Assembly: GCA_051362555.1 (NCBI GenBank)
Contig: CM120641.1
Span: 23,256,401-23,320,400 of the forward strand
DNA: 64,000 nucleotides
From: Lingula anatina
Lineage: Eukaryota > Animalia > Brachiopoda
Direction: 5' to 3'
The notes under the pieces were generated by a model, which did no database searches, had not been told where the DNA came from, and saw only the letters and a program-made list of their open reading frames with translations. Positions 51,501 to 64,000 of the stretch are shown one piece after another; position 1 is the first letter of the stretch; every line of letters starts with the position of its first letter. The translations under genes were made by a program, and so were the position numbers.

Positions 51501-54500
51501 CACATTTTCCAATTTCTTGACCACTACTTTTTCCTGAAACATCACTGACATTTTATTCCATAGGAAACTATACCATAACAATTCAAATTATCTTAGAATG
51601 TAAGGCACAGGTACTTACACAAATGAACATCATTGCACAATATAGGCAATATAAAATAGAGAACTGTTAAACAGCATTTTGAATAAAGCATACCTTTTGA
51701 AGAACCTTCATGTCAAGTTTTTGACTTTCAATTTTTGAATAAAACTCATCCACAGCCTGAAATACAACCACAATACTAAATATAACTCATAATTAGCCAA
51801 ATAGATTTTTCAAAAATGAAAAGTACGAAATTAAATAAAATTATTTTTCAAAAACTATCATTCTGAACTTTTGTAGAAACCGGCTTTTAAAGAGGGTTAT
51901 GTTTATAGAAAGAATAATTTTGAATACTGACAAAGATATACCCTGTATGTATAATATAAACAAAGAACATCTGCTGAATTATAGGACTCCACTGTTTTAC
52001 CTTGTTGAAGGAAGGCAGTTCCACAAAACTTTTGTTTTCATATTGCTTGAATAAATATGGGTGAAATTCATCATATCTAAAATTAGAAGTACAACATATA
52101 GATGTACACATAATTGGGTAAGTAGTGAGTAAAAAATTCAGAAAGCCAGATAACCTGCAAAATTTTCGTCACATTGTCCTTGTTACATAGTCCTTTAACA
52201 GTATATAAGAAAGCTTTGCTCACGTCAATAGCTCAGCAGATTCACCTTCCTGTGGGTTCACCTTCTTATCTTTTTTCTGTGTTATAAAACCCTAGAATAA
52301 TAATAAGATGGTATTTACAAATGATAATATTCACACCTAATTGTTTAAAATATCAAACAGAATTTCATTTCAGCTCAAAATTTGATATGAAATGGACCTG
52401 TAGCTAACTCAACAGATGTAATGGTAACACAGTTTCATACATACCCTACTAACACTGTCTTTCATCTGCTGAAAGAGTTTTTCAGCATCCTCAAGAGCAA
52501 CCATGAGCTTTGGCAAATCTGAAGTTGAAATATACAGAAGCATTTATTTTAGATAGTTTCCATTGTTGCATGGTTTTGCACATCACTCAAGTTTTCAGAA
52601 CTGAATTAAAAACACTACTCATGGATTAAATGGAATCTATCTACACTCTACTTTAATGGCCTTCAAGACACTTCAACTTACAGATACCACTTTGCTTCGT
52701 GAAGACAAGATATTTCTTTTTACTGCATTTTGAAAAATATATGGTCTTTTACCTTGTCCTATATCAAATCCTTTCCCAAGTTTGACGTTCTCAGCAAGCC
52801 CAGCAGATGTCAGTGAGTGTTCAATCAGTGCAGGGCCATATACTGAAAGAGAAAACCAATACAATTATAAGAGGATCAGAGAGGCACTACCACTTCCTGG
52901 GTATGTACCACTGCATATAACCAAAACTGTCAAAAATTTAGACACTATTTCTGTATTTACAACTTTTTTTATTGTATTTCTTTTTCTGGTTTTAACCAAA
53001 TTAAAAAGAAAAAGTACTTAAAAAAAGTTTAAAAATGTTAAAATTTTGAATACAGGTTTAAATTTTCCATCCATCTAACCTAATTTTGGATTCAGAATTT
53101 TTTTTACAGGATCTCCTTCTTGGCCACTTAAAAGCATCCCTCGTAATCTGAAAAAGAAAGAAAAAATATTGATAATAACTTTACCAATTATAGGTAAATA
53201 ATTCTACCAATCATCAGTAAATATTTCATTCCTCGTCTTTCCTTATGCAATCTAGAAACTATGCAGTTTAAATAACAGAAATCAGCACCAGCCCATAAAA
53301 CCATTACATCTTATCCCACACTCTGGCACCTGAAGGCAAATATAGGAAAGCAAAGCAACGAAAAAAATCTGGAGAAGAACAGCAGAAAGGACGAGGAACA
53401 AGATTGGGTGGCTGGGCTAGAGAATAGTGGAAGAAGTTGCCAGGGACAGGGCAAGGTGGAGAGATCTCAACCTCACCTAATGTTCTACAAAGACTCAAGA
53501 TGACAGGTCCTATAAAAATTCAGCCCATTCTGGCTAAAATATCCCTGGCATACCTTTCTATGGTGAGAGGGGGGTCTGGCTGCCTGGCTGCCTCTATGGG
53601 GTAGGTCTCTCTCACAGCATACTTGACATCCTGGCTGTCATCTGTCCGTGGTCTCAAGATGTTCAATATTGTGTATTCAAAGTCTGTCAGGATGATGTTG
53701 CCCTGGAAGGAATTCACAGTGATGTCATGGTAAAATGGACCCGCTGAGAATTTGAATTTGAATGAATGATTACCCAATCAATAAAATAGGAAATTATATT
53801 AATTAAATGACACCTGGAAACAAAACTATAAATGGACCTACTCTGTCATAGAGTTCTAGTATCACATGGTATGCAGCTTCTCCTGAACCAAACTGAAGAT
53901 CTACAATCCTGTCAACTCCAAGCTGTGTCACACTCTCCAGTCTACGCGCTCTTAGATGCTTCCTCAGCTGAATTGTAAAAATAAAGAGAACAATTGAAAC
54001 ATCAAAATAAAGGCTGACAAAATGACAAAATTTAATTTAAAATCCAAAACCTTGAATAAACATTGGACTAATTTTCTTTATATGTCACATTTAATCTTCA
54101 ACCTTCATCCAAACCTCATACCATAAATCAACTCATATTATTAAGCAAAACTTGATAAGTTTACCTTCATTGCAAACCCAGATGGACTCATGTTTTTTGG
54201 CCAGTCAAACTCTGTGCCATGCAGTCTAATACCAGACTCTAGGAGGAGAACAGCTTTTAGATCTGGTCTGAAATATAGAAATAATTAACATCGTAATGAT
54301 CATACGACCCAATTTCAGATTATAAACAATAAGAAATGTATATCACTCTAAATATATTGTGAATTATAATTTTTGTAAATACATTATTTTGGACTACTTA
54401 TATTATTGAAGTAATAATGAAAAATGTAAAGTACTAAAAATAAAATGTTACCTCAATTTTAATCTAAAACAAATGCAGTAATTGAAAATACCTTTAAACT

Positions 54501-55352
54501 TTTTACTCACTTTGCAAGTTTGATGAGGTATGTTTTGTTATCAATATCATAGATATTTACCACCCTCATTCCAAGAAACCTGAAGGCAAGATAAAATAGA
54601 AATTAAATACAATGTTGAATATGTTATCACTGTAATGACATTCATTCTCTGAATCACAAAACCAGTATTTATAAAGCAACATGTAATGTGTGAAGGACCC
54701 TTTAAAGTGAGAAACAGAGATGAGGAACAACAGTTTTGATCCAAACAGACTAACAAGACAGTCTCAATGTAGATAAACTGGAGCCATAGCAATAATCTGA
54801 GGGTTCAATAGTCCAAAGGTTCATTGGTCCGATTGTTCACTATAGAACCTTTGGACCAATAAACCCTTGATTAAAAAACTGATTAAAATGTTACCATTTT
54901 TCGGACCAAGACCCTTCAGACTATCGATATGCCCATGATAAACCAAGGAGGTCGAACTTTCTTGGAACTCCTTGGATAAAAAATGCTGTATCAGCTGGAG
55001 ACGTCATATTTTGAAATAATTTAAAAGAAAAATAAACCTGTCAAAAATTAGGGGTGGGGAGACCTCTAAACTGAATCATGTTAACTCGTCGTTAATCGGC
55101 GCCTTAGAATGACATCCTAAGATGTTAAACATGTCCCTCGTCAAACATTATGATCGGATGACTCATTCATCATTCATTCGTTCATTTTTTTTTCAAACGA
55201 CTACGTCATGTTGTGCAACTTGACCATTAAAATAATTAATGGGAATCAGATGTTGGTCGTTTGTTTGCATAATCATGGTGCTTCAAACCTCACCTTTCAT
55301 TAATTTCAAAAACAACAGCTGCAATATCTATCGTGCTGAACCTGGTCTTCAT
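42622..55352 (-). CDS. NEMF: Ribosome quality-control complex subunit NEMF (Rqc2/Tae2/Caliban)
   Basis: About 33 GT-AG exons. First 55294-55352 ([10 protein letters not shown]), 54511-54579 ([18 protein letters not shown]), 54165-54267 ([17 protein letters not shown]), 53842-53967 ([13 protein letters not shown]). Later exons encode [67 protein letters not shown] and IPVCAPY. Last exon 42622-42702 ([15 protein letters not shown]). Confidence 0.97.
44185..44229. repeat. (CT)n/(TG)n microsatellite
   Basis: Directly visible. Confidence 0.9.
45771..45832 (-). pseudogene. Intronic partial duplicate of NEMF exon 47330-47403 with an inactivated donor
   Basis: Near-identical to 47315-47375. Donor CAG|GTACAT has become CAG|ATACAT and the acceptor half is missing. 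Confidence 0.85.
54780..54934 (-). mobile_element. Older, inverted copy of the 21909-22082 MITE family in NEMF intron 1
   Basis: Shares GGTTCATTGGTCCGA, GTTCACTATAGAACCTT, CCCTTGATTAAAAAA and AAAATGTTACCA with the reverse complement of 21909-22082. GATAAAC occurs on both flanks. Confidence 0.8.
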
Positions 55353-55701
55353 CTTGGTATGCTATATGACAAAAATTTAACTAGTAAAAAACATCACATG
55401 CATGTACTACGAACCCTACAGCAAGATCATGCTGTGGAGAAGTGCAGACGTAAACTGTCTTAATCAAGACGCTCCTTCAAGGTTCCTTCGAGGTTCTGTC
55501 AAACAAGTATTTACGACATATATCTTATTTATTTTTGTGCTTCAGTTTTCTGCTTTGAATTTTTATTTGAGTTATAAATATTATTTGATCATTATAATAC
55601 TACTTGAAGTGCGCTAGAATGTAGCTTATCATGGAAATAATTTTGGTAAACAGACGTGACTGCTCCTAAACACCGAAAGCGTGTGGTGAAGGTCAGAGAA
55701 A
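55353..55701. promoter_or_regulatory. Compact bidirectional promoter region between NEMF and the HEAT-repeat gene
   Basis: Divergent ATGs at 55352 (-) and 55702 (+) are only about 350 bp apart. Confidence 0.7.
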
Positions 55702-58700
55702 ATGACGGAAGCAATTTTAACAAAACTACACAGTTCTAAGAAATTAGAACGCGATAGGGGGCTTAATGAACTAAAAGAACACCTAAAATCTACAGATGAA
55801 GCTGGAATTTCTGCTTTAAAGGAAACTTTCACAGGATATTTGAAAGATGAGTCTAGCACATGGGAGATAAAGCATGCAGGTTTGATGGGTTCTTCTGTGT
55901 TATTGTCTCTGTGTGACTGTGGGGAGGATTACGGTACAACCATGCAAGAAGAAGCACTGAGGCTTTTAGAAGATGAGGAGTTTCGAGTGAGATTAGCTGC
56001 AGGTTAATAATTCCGACTCGTATAATCACTAGGCTTTTGGTTTTTAATTGACTTTGGAAATGAAAACAATTAATTTTGCTCCATTTATTTTAGCTTGAGT
56101 ATCTGACGAATCCTGTCTGTGCTACAAACACGATTTTGTCTGACTTAAATTTGTAGCCTGATTTTATTTTAGGCAGTTTTCCATTTTCCATGGCCCCTAG
56201 AACCCTAATCATTTCTTTCTTTTTTCTAGTGTGAATTTAAGAGACCATTCCCAGAGACTATCGTACTAACTTTGGATCGAACTATCTCCAAGGGGATTCT
56301 TGTTTAATTGCAATTAACTTAAACAATTAGATGTCTAGCTGTCACACCTACTGAAGCTGATAGGGGGTAATTAACTATCATTTAGCAGCTTTAGTAGGCG
56401 TCGCAGACATCTAAGCCACTTAAGCTGAAAGCAATTTAGCGAGAAACCCTGTGGATATGGACCAATCCTGTTAGATCGATCTAGGGATGGGAACCCAGTC
56501 TCATTGTTTTTTATCATTTTGTTCCAAAATGATTTTCATAAATTGATCTCGTATATAAAGGGTGCCAATATCATCATTTCAACTAGAAGGGCAAAATCAG
56601 CTTATAGAAATAAAGAAAGACCTTTTACGTATGGAAATGTTATTTTGTTGTTCTTTCACAAAATTAATTTCTGTAACCAGGTGAAGTAATGGGAGCTCTT
56701 TGCCATCGCTTTGGTCCAGTTATCTATGCCAACACCAAACAAACCACACTGCAAGGTATTAGAGATAACCTGGAAAGACAGCCACGTGGATTTGGAAGTG
56801 AGAAAGAGAAAGAAGAGGCAGACAGGCTGATGCAGAAATTGTACAACTCTTGTACTTCTTCCTCAGATTCTGACTCAGATGATGACCATGGTGGGGGTGG
56901 TTTTAAGTTAGAAAGGGTATGTGATTATCCTTTTTCAATTGAATTTTATGTGATTTATAAGTGACTAAAAATAAAAAACTTTACCTAAGGTGAGGAAAAC
57001 AGCTAACATTAGTAGCTTAAAACAGTTGACAGTTATTTATTTGCTGAAATGACCATATGCATATCTAATTTATTAATTATGATGAGATATAGATAAATAA
57101 AGTTTTAATATCTGACATTTTATTATCAGCAAAACAGCACTGATTCTGCACAGATATTCCATGACACAGCAGGATGGAAATCCCTAGAAACATGGATGAA
57201 GTAAGTTTGTTTTATGTTATAAAAAACACAAATACAAGAGATGATTTTAGTCTAAAATAATAGTTTTCCCTCCTCATAACAATTTTTTCATCAAAAAATA
57301 TTATTTTCAGCTCCTTTTTTTCTATCAGTTTACCTAATGTGTGTTAAAATGAGATCCAAACAGTATTTAGATTTCACAATCATTTGGAATGTTTTTAAAG
57401 ATGAGTGAGTTTTATTTTGGGGGTAAAGGCGGTTACAGGGTTAAAAATCTGGAAGTAAGGTTTCATTGTGGAGTTTTGTTTCATGTCATAAACAATATTT
57501 TGTTCCATGCCCTAAACAATATTAAATATTAAACTATCTAGATTTTATAGACATTTGATACGTATGTCATCAGTTTTAAAAAAGAAGCCTACCTGTTTTA
57601 TTTTGATACAGGTGTTTGCAGTGCATGTTAGAGAACTGTGGCTACAGCTTCAACCCTTACATTGACCAAGAACTACTGGACCTTGTTTTTGACACTCTCA
57701 ACCACACCAATAGATTTGTCAGGGAGACGGGGTACTATGTGTGCGGTACCCTTGTCAGCTGTGGACTAGATGATACTGGTAGGTATATTAAGGTAAAGTA
57801 GATAGTGTATTGAAAGCAATGCTTTGGCACACTTTCCATTCAAAAATATCAGAGGCTATAAAACCTTGTATTTTCATTTTTTTTTACAAGCATTTACTTT
57901 TATTCATTTGAGATGTTTCAATTTCAATGAGACACCTTCTGCAGTTCGTTGCACTCCTTAATGTTTTTGAAAAGAGAAAATGTAAGGCCTTTAAATTTAC
58001 AAAAACAGACTAATGTATATTAAACAAAATATCAGAGGCTTATATTGAAAAAAAATTAATTTATAGCCCCAGCTGGTACAGAATTGACCAATGAAAATGC
58101 AATTTATCGTCATGGTCAGCAATTTGCTGAATACCTTGGAAAAGGCTTAGCAGATAATTGGAGTCAGGTATGTAATTTTAACTTGGCTTATATAGTTTAG
58201 AAACAGTAATTTATTATGGCAATTGTTTCAATGAGACTTTCTACTAAGCATTTCACTATCTTGCATTTGTTTTGCATTTTTGTCCCCCCAGTTAGAGGCT
58301 ACTATAACAGCTATAGCCTCATTCCCTGATTAAGATGTCTTGTGAGGCATTAAAATTTTGGAGTGGTTCATGATTTAATACTTTGTCTTTATGCTTTAAG
58401 ACAATTTGAAAATGCTTTTTATCATCACTTAACTCTGGATTATTCAGGTCAGACTTGCAGCATCTGTGGCAACACGGAAATTTCTGGAAAGTATCCACTC
58501 TGAGAAGGCCAGAGAACCATTTTACCCAATTCTAATTCCTAGAATGTGTCTCAACAGGTAGATTGATAATGCACTGTTCAGGGTTTGATGTTTGACATGT
58601 AAAGTAAGACAATGGTTAGTGCACTGCATGTCACTGAGTAAGGTTCTTACATATACTAATTAACATTACTTTATTGGAGTCATTCAAAGTAGTGGTTGTT

Positions 58701-61700
58701 GAATGTATGTTTCAAGGCATAAATGGACAATCATGTTCATATGTGTTTATTCTTTAGATACTATGTTGCTGAGGGAGTTCGGATATACAACCAGGAAACC
58801 TGGAAACGAGTCACTGCAGGAGAAGGCAAACATTTAGTAGAAAGATGTATCAAAGAAACAGTATGTACATCGTTACACATGGTCATAATTTTAGCAATAA
58901 AAACTAATAATAATAATAATAAGATTCTTATAGGGTGCCTTACATTCTATCTCAAGGCGCCTTACAATAATGGCTAATATACTAAATCATGAAAATGACT
59001 ACAATATTTTAATCTAAAACATTTGTTGGAAACCATTTAAAATTTACACTACTAAAAATCAATCCTGTTAAAATACATATACATATTAAAAAAATCTAAG
59101 AGATATAGACAGAATTAAAAATGTGGGTCTTTAAAAGAAATTAAAAATTGTCAAAGTCTTCTGTTTTTCTAATAAAATTTGGTAGGGCATTCCACACTTT
59201 TGGGGCGTAGATTATAAAAGCACAATCTTCATAACTTTTAAGGCACCCCTTCTCTAAAACAGAATGTTCTAAAATAAGATCATTCTCAGTATTAAAACAT
59301 GCGGACCGCTGTGTTAGCTAAAACAGATAAGATCGGATATATATATAATGGTCCTTGTGAATGGATCGCCTTAAAAATAATACAAAGTACTTTAAAATCA
59401 ATCCTCTGCTTCACAGGCAGCCAGTGTAATTCCAGTCTAATTCATGGTGTGGTTCTAAATGATATTTCTCTGTTTTTAATCTTCAAAAGGCTGGTTTCAT
59501 TATATTTCATCAAACCACATTGTTTTTACCCAAAAGTAGGTCTAATCTGTTTTTCATCTCTTTGTATTTTTTGCCTAGGTTGATTTCTACATAACGGAGA
59601 CAGAGGCAGATAACCATGCAGTAAGAGAAGCTGCCTGCGCTTGCATTGCTGAACTAGGACATAAGGTACACTGCATGCATTACACTGGAAAGAAAATTGT
59701 CAGTTGTTATAATTAATAGATGAGTTAAACTCATCAACACATCCTAGTTTTGTTCACTTTTGGACTGCAGTTGACTCTGCTAGTTGCAATGAACAATTGT
59801 TAGTGTTTTTTGTTAGATGAATCAAAGTGACAATCTTTACTGCAGATTGACAAAGATGTAGTGCGTCCCCATGTCTCCAGACTTCTAGATGCATTGTTGG
59901 TATGTTTTGCAGACCAAAGTTGGCCTGTTAGGGATGGTATGTATGGGTTACTTGTGTACTGATTTTAATCAGAAAACAAATAAAAATGTGTTACTTTGTT
60001 ACATTCAGTATATCTATTTCTGGCAAAATGTACCAAATAAGATCGATTTGAAAGGTGGTCTTTTTTAAATAATCTAAAAATGTAAAAGAAGTTAATATTT
60101 TTTGTTCAGGTTTGTCATTTTCTTTTCTGAGACAAAGTTCCTATGGTGTGAACATATTCATCACTTTCCCTTTCCTTTTTCCCCCAGCTGCCTGTATTGC
60201 ATGTGGCAACTTTGTTCTGTGTTTCCCAGAAGAGTCAAGGTAAGTGCTCAATTCTGTAACACGTGATCTCAAATTAATAGCTGTACTAAATATCTTATGA
60301 GCTTGAATGGGATAAAGACCATGATTTTAATGTTGTGCACATTACACATTTTGCCTCTTTTGATGATCTGAAAGTTATTATGGATTGACGGAGATAGGTC
60401 AGATTTTTATCTTAAAATGTGCTTTGGTAATTTCAGAGACAGCATACCAGCACTTTATCCTTTGTTTTATGAAAATCTTCAAGACAACATACCTTCAGTA
60501 AGGCAGGGGGCAGCCATTGCTCTAGGGAATGTGGTGAAGGCATATGGTAAGTTTTCAAAATAACTGCTCTGCTTTGATGGTGTACATCCTGTCACTTGAC
60601 TGAATCCACTTTGAAAGTTTGTGGAACAGCCATCATATTATCAACTCCACTCTTACACAATTCCCACTGGTAAATTCTTTCTTCTCCCACAGGTGCTGAA
60701 GCTGCCGCGATAGTGATTGACAAGATCAAAGAGGGCCTCCAGGGGGTTGAGAAACAAACCGAAAACGCAGAGAGATATGGTGGACTGGACAAGTCTCCAG
60801 CCACATTTGGTGTGGTCAAAAAAGCAAGGGACAATGATATGGACCTTCATACTAACCAAACAGTGAGAATTGAGTGCATTTTATTCATCTGTTGTAATAA
60901 TAGCTTAATAATTGCAATTGCATGGACATTTATTAAAATTTCGAATGAATTTCTCAATTTGGTTGAATTAAACTTCATTTAAATTACATTTATAAATAAT
61001 TTTAATGAGCATTTAGTTAAACACAGTAACAATAAGAAATTTAACTTTTCAAAGTTATCTATAAATGTGAATTGATTTCCTTTAGATGTACTCATGTGGC
61101 TCACTGGCCCCTAAGATGGGGCGTGGTAAGAGGGGCGGGGGCTGCATGGACCACCAGTTTAAGAGGCCCTCAGAACCCTGGGAGCTAGGCGAGGGCTGTG
61201 TACACTTGATGGCAGAGATGAGCCACATAACTCAATATCAGAAAGATGTCTGTAATCTCCTCCCTGTGCTGGCTAAGGCCATGTCACATCAACACTACAC
61301 ACAACATGTGGTCTTCACGGAAACTGTGTGTAAACAGGTGATAATTGCTTAAGGTGTTTGTAGATCTTGCATGGTAACATGGCCTATAAACTGATTATCA
61401 GATTCTGCACATGGGTTAAGGATGTAAACAAGTATGTTGATACCAGACAACAAGTTTGTAGCATATTTTTCAGTTGGATAAGTTTTCTGATGCTGTAATT
61501 TAAATTTGGATTTCCAAGTTTTTTAATTGCACCTTTCAGTTACCAAGAATAGCGACAGGAGTTGGAAAAAGACCATTTAAAATGTACTTGGAATACTTCT
61601 TGGACTACATATTTTATGGTTTGGTATGTTTATATTATATAACATAGCATACTGATCACTTAACTAGACAATTGTAATGTAGCCTTTTCAAGACATTTCT

Positions 61701-62672
61701 GTTGCCATTTTTCCAAGTAGAAATGGGAAATTATAGTTATGCTAAGCATTTGCCATTAGAAATATTTGGTGTCACTATTGCATGCTAAGTCATGGTTATG
61801 TATATTGAAACATCCTACCTTACCCATTTACTCCTTTGTTGCTCATCTAGCAAAATTAACCTCTTTTTCCTAATATTTATTCACAGAAATGTGAGAATGC
61901 ACTGACGTCCAGTGCTGCCAGTCAGTGCTTACAGGACCTTGCCAAGCTACTGGGACCGAACATCTTACGAGGAAGAGTGGAACATCTTAACCCAAGGTAA
62001 AGATAACAGAAAGGCAGACATGATAAAACTGTCAAGGGCAGTTTAGAATATTTGTGTTTAGTATATATGTCATCTTCAGTGTATATTTTGAATATTTAAT
62101 TATATCGAATTATTTCAAGTTGCATATGAAGGTGTAGATTCCCTGTAATGCTTGTAAAGCACTACTACCAGTATCTCACACAAATCAAAGTTCACATGGC
62201 AAATAAACCAAATTAATAACCCAATCAGCCAAAATGACACTTTTACCATGAATTTATGGTTATAAATTTAGCCTACTTATCTGTCCCTCTAGTTTGTAAA
62301 AGTCTGCCAAATGATGTAGTAATGTATAATACATTACTGTGCACAATAGCATAATTATTCAAATAAGGTTTGGTGAAAACTACCAAGGGCTATACATAGC
62401 ACAGAAAGAAAGCTGAAAATGTTTGTTCAGACATCATTTTAGGGGAGTATGGAATGATGCCGTTTGGTATTTCTATAAGTTGTGCTATTTGAAACTATAT
62501 GGTGGCATATGGTTTGAGTTCAGGAGCAAAGATTTGACATGTCAACTCGCTTCAAATAGATCTTGAACTGATAAATAAAGTCTCAAAATTACATCATTCA
62601 CTTTCCAGATACCTGGAGGACTTTGATGCTAATGTGATGCAGATGCCACCCTATCCTGGACCCCCAGTGTGA
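55702..62672 (+). CDS. Uncharacterised HEAT/ARM-repeat protein
   Basis: 16 GT-AG exons: 55702-56002, 56681-56916, 57130-57200, 57612-57778, about 58067-58167, 58448-58557, 58758-58860, 59579-59665, 59846-59936, 60188-60239, 60436-60546, 60693-60862, 61086-61337, 61540-61623, 61887-61995 and 62609-62672. Recurrent HEAT signatures DEEFRVRLAA, NRFVRETG, DNWSQVRLAA, DNHAVREAA, DQSWPVRDAA and DNIPSVRQGA. Confidence 0.9.
56241..56502. repeat. Decayed fold-back palindrome (probable MITE) in HEAT gene intron 1
   Basis: Nested arms GAGAC/GTCTC, GGATCGAACTA/TAGATCGATCT, AATTGC/GCAATT, TTAGATGTCT 56327-56336 / AGACATCTAA 56405-56414 and CCTACTGAAGCTG 56347-56359 / CAGCTTTAGTAGG 56386-56398. Confidence 0.7.
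58905..59436 (-). mobile_element. 5'-truncated L2/CR1-group LINE 3' end
   Basis: Minus strand reads LELHWLPVKQRIDFKVLCIIFKAIHSQGPLYISDL..*..AFIIYAPKVWNALPNFIR..LKTHIF (typical L2 ORF2 C-terminus, with stops), then a GTAAGGCGCCTTGAG 3' motif and a (TTA)n tail. Confidence 0.88.
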
Positions 62673-63646
62673 AGTACACAGAGATCTGGTGATATTGATC
62701 TTATGTGGATGTGCATGTGGATGTGTGACCATCATCCTAGTTCAGATTGTGATGCGATTGTAAACAAGGGCTTTTTATGAACATTTGAGACAAGTGCATC
62801 AAGAGATATTATTCCAGTAGTACTTTTTTACCTTAATAACTATAATCAGTAAATGTTGTTAAGTATTTATTGTGTAGATGTTGTTTTGACTTACAGTGCA
62901 AGGTTGAAACCTGGTTTTGATCTACATGTCATTGTGCGTTATAGTCTGTGTATTAGAATGTACCACTGGAATGACTTTTCTTTGAATACTGGTCTGCAAA
63001 GCAGATTAAAAAATAAATAAAAATAAATAAAATATCAGATAGTTTTCACCTGATTTGAATGCAAAAACATTTGAAAATGCATTTAATAAAATGTTTCAAG
63101 TATTTTCATTTGAAATAATCAAAATATTAAAATTTTGTTTTGAAATATTCTGTTACTTTTATTAGAACTGTGTCAAAATAATAAAAATAACAATAATAAC
63201 TGAAGGCTTTCTTTTTATTTAAGATTTGAAGCAACCGTGGTAATAGTGTAATTTAACCTTCACATCAGCATCTAACTTCTATGTGCTAAGTCACATATTA
63301 ATAAAATGATTGTTTCATTATTATTACCAATGTTTAACTAGCCACCTTATAATCATTGCATATAAAATCTTGAGAGAGAGTTTTAGGGTCTGGTTCTTTC
63401 TGTTGATATGTTCTTAAATAGTGAAAGCTTTAATCTTCCCTGAATTTTTATATGAATAACAGGTAGTACTTGTCAGATCTCATTGGATAATTTCCAAAGT
63501 TTTGGGGAATGTCAAAACTGGAATCTCAAGAACATCATCCTTTCACTTAAATCTCACCAGATCTGACGCATCTGCTTCTGTCATGTGTGGCGTCTCTGGC
63601 TAATTTTTGATTTAGAAAAATTGTTTTCTCCAAACCAACAGTTCTT

Positions 63647-63756
63647 TCATCTACTTTGTCTGCTTTTCCTCAGTCCTTTCAAACCAGGTGAGGTCTGAGT
63701 TGCTATGCTGGACTTGGTCACCGTCTTCCTAACCTGCTTGCTTACTTTCTTCTTTG
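63647..63756 (-). CDS. Probable last coding exon of a convergent gene continuing beyond the window
   Basis: Acceptor ttattttgttttAG. Only one frame is open: KKKVSKQVRKTVTKSSIATQTSPGLKGLRKSRQSR*. The upstream exon was not identified. Confidence 0.45.
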
Positions 63757-64000
63757 CTAAAACAAAATAAGGTCTAGATATATTTGCTTTACTCTATACA
63801 ATACATGCCAACACAAAATAATAACACAGTGGGTGATAAGTATCAAAGTGGAAATGTTATCAAGCAAGTAGCTGCTGGCAAGGCAAGCTCCTAAGTATTC
63901 AAACTACTGGCCGAAGTTTGATCAAGCATCTGGAGTTGGACAGATAGTTTGAGTATGAGTTAGGTACACAGCCAACATAGAGTCAGTGCCTACAGTTGTC

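Overview
AT-rich, intron-rich animal genomic DNA, probably from a lophotrochozoan and most likely a mollusc (inferred from gene content and repeat types). Genes from left to right: class I eIF4E (minus strand, last exon outside the window); unkempt (plus, 15 coding exons, head-to-head with eIF4E); histone H3.3; an intronless group-A bHLH gene; a CCDC190-like coiled-coil ORF; TMEM196-like, followed by a 1.5-kb orphan exon; NEMF/Rqc2 (minus, about 33 exons), head-to-head with an uncharacterised HEAT-repeat gene; and the probable last exon of a convergent gene. Several non-autonomous transposons are present: an Academ-like end, a Helentron/HINE-like element, a TTAA Kolobok-like pair, two related MITEs, an element with 110-bp TIRs and a 6-bp TSD, and an L2 3' end. 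The most notable observation is in eIF4E. It has two tandem, intact, homologous 64-nt exons (VYKNIKPCSKLSAGCDYSLFK and LYNHIQPASKLPSGCDYSLFK) that reading frame forces to be mutually exclusive, and they recode part of the eIF4G/4E-BP-binding surface. They sit among nested and competing intronic inverted repeats, which suggests an RNA-structure-guided splicing switch. All exon calls were made by eye with no transcript evidence.
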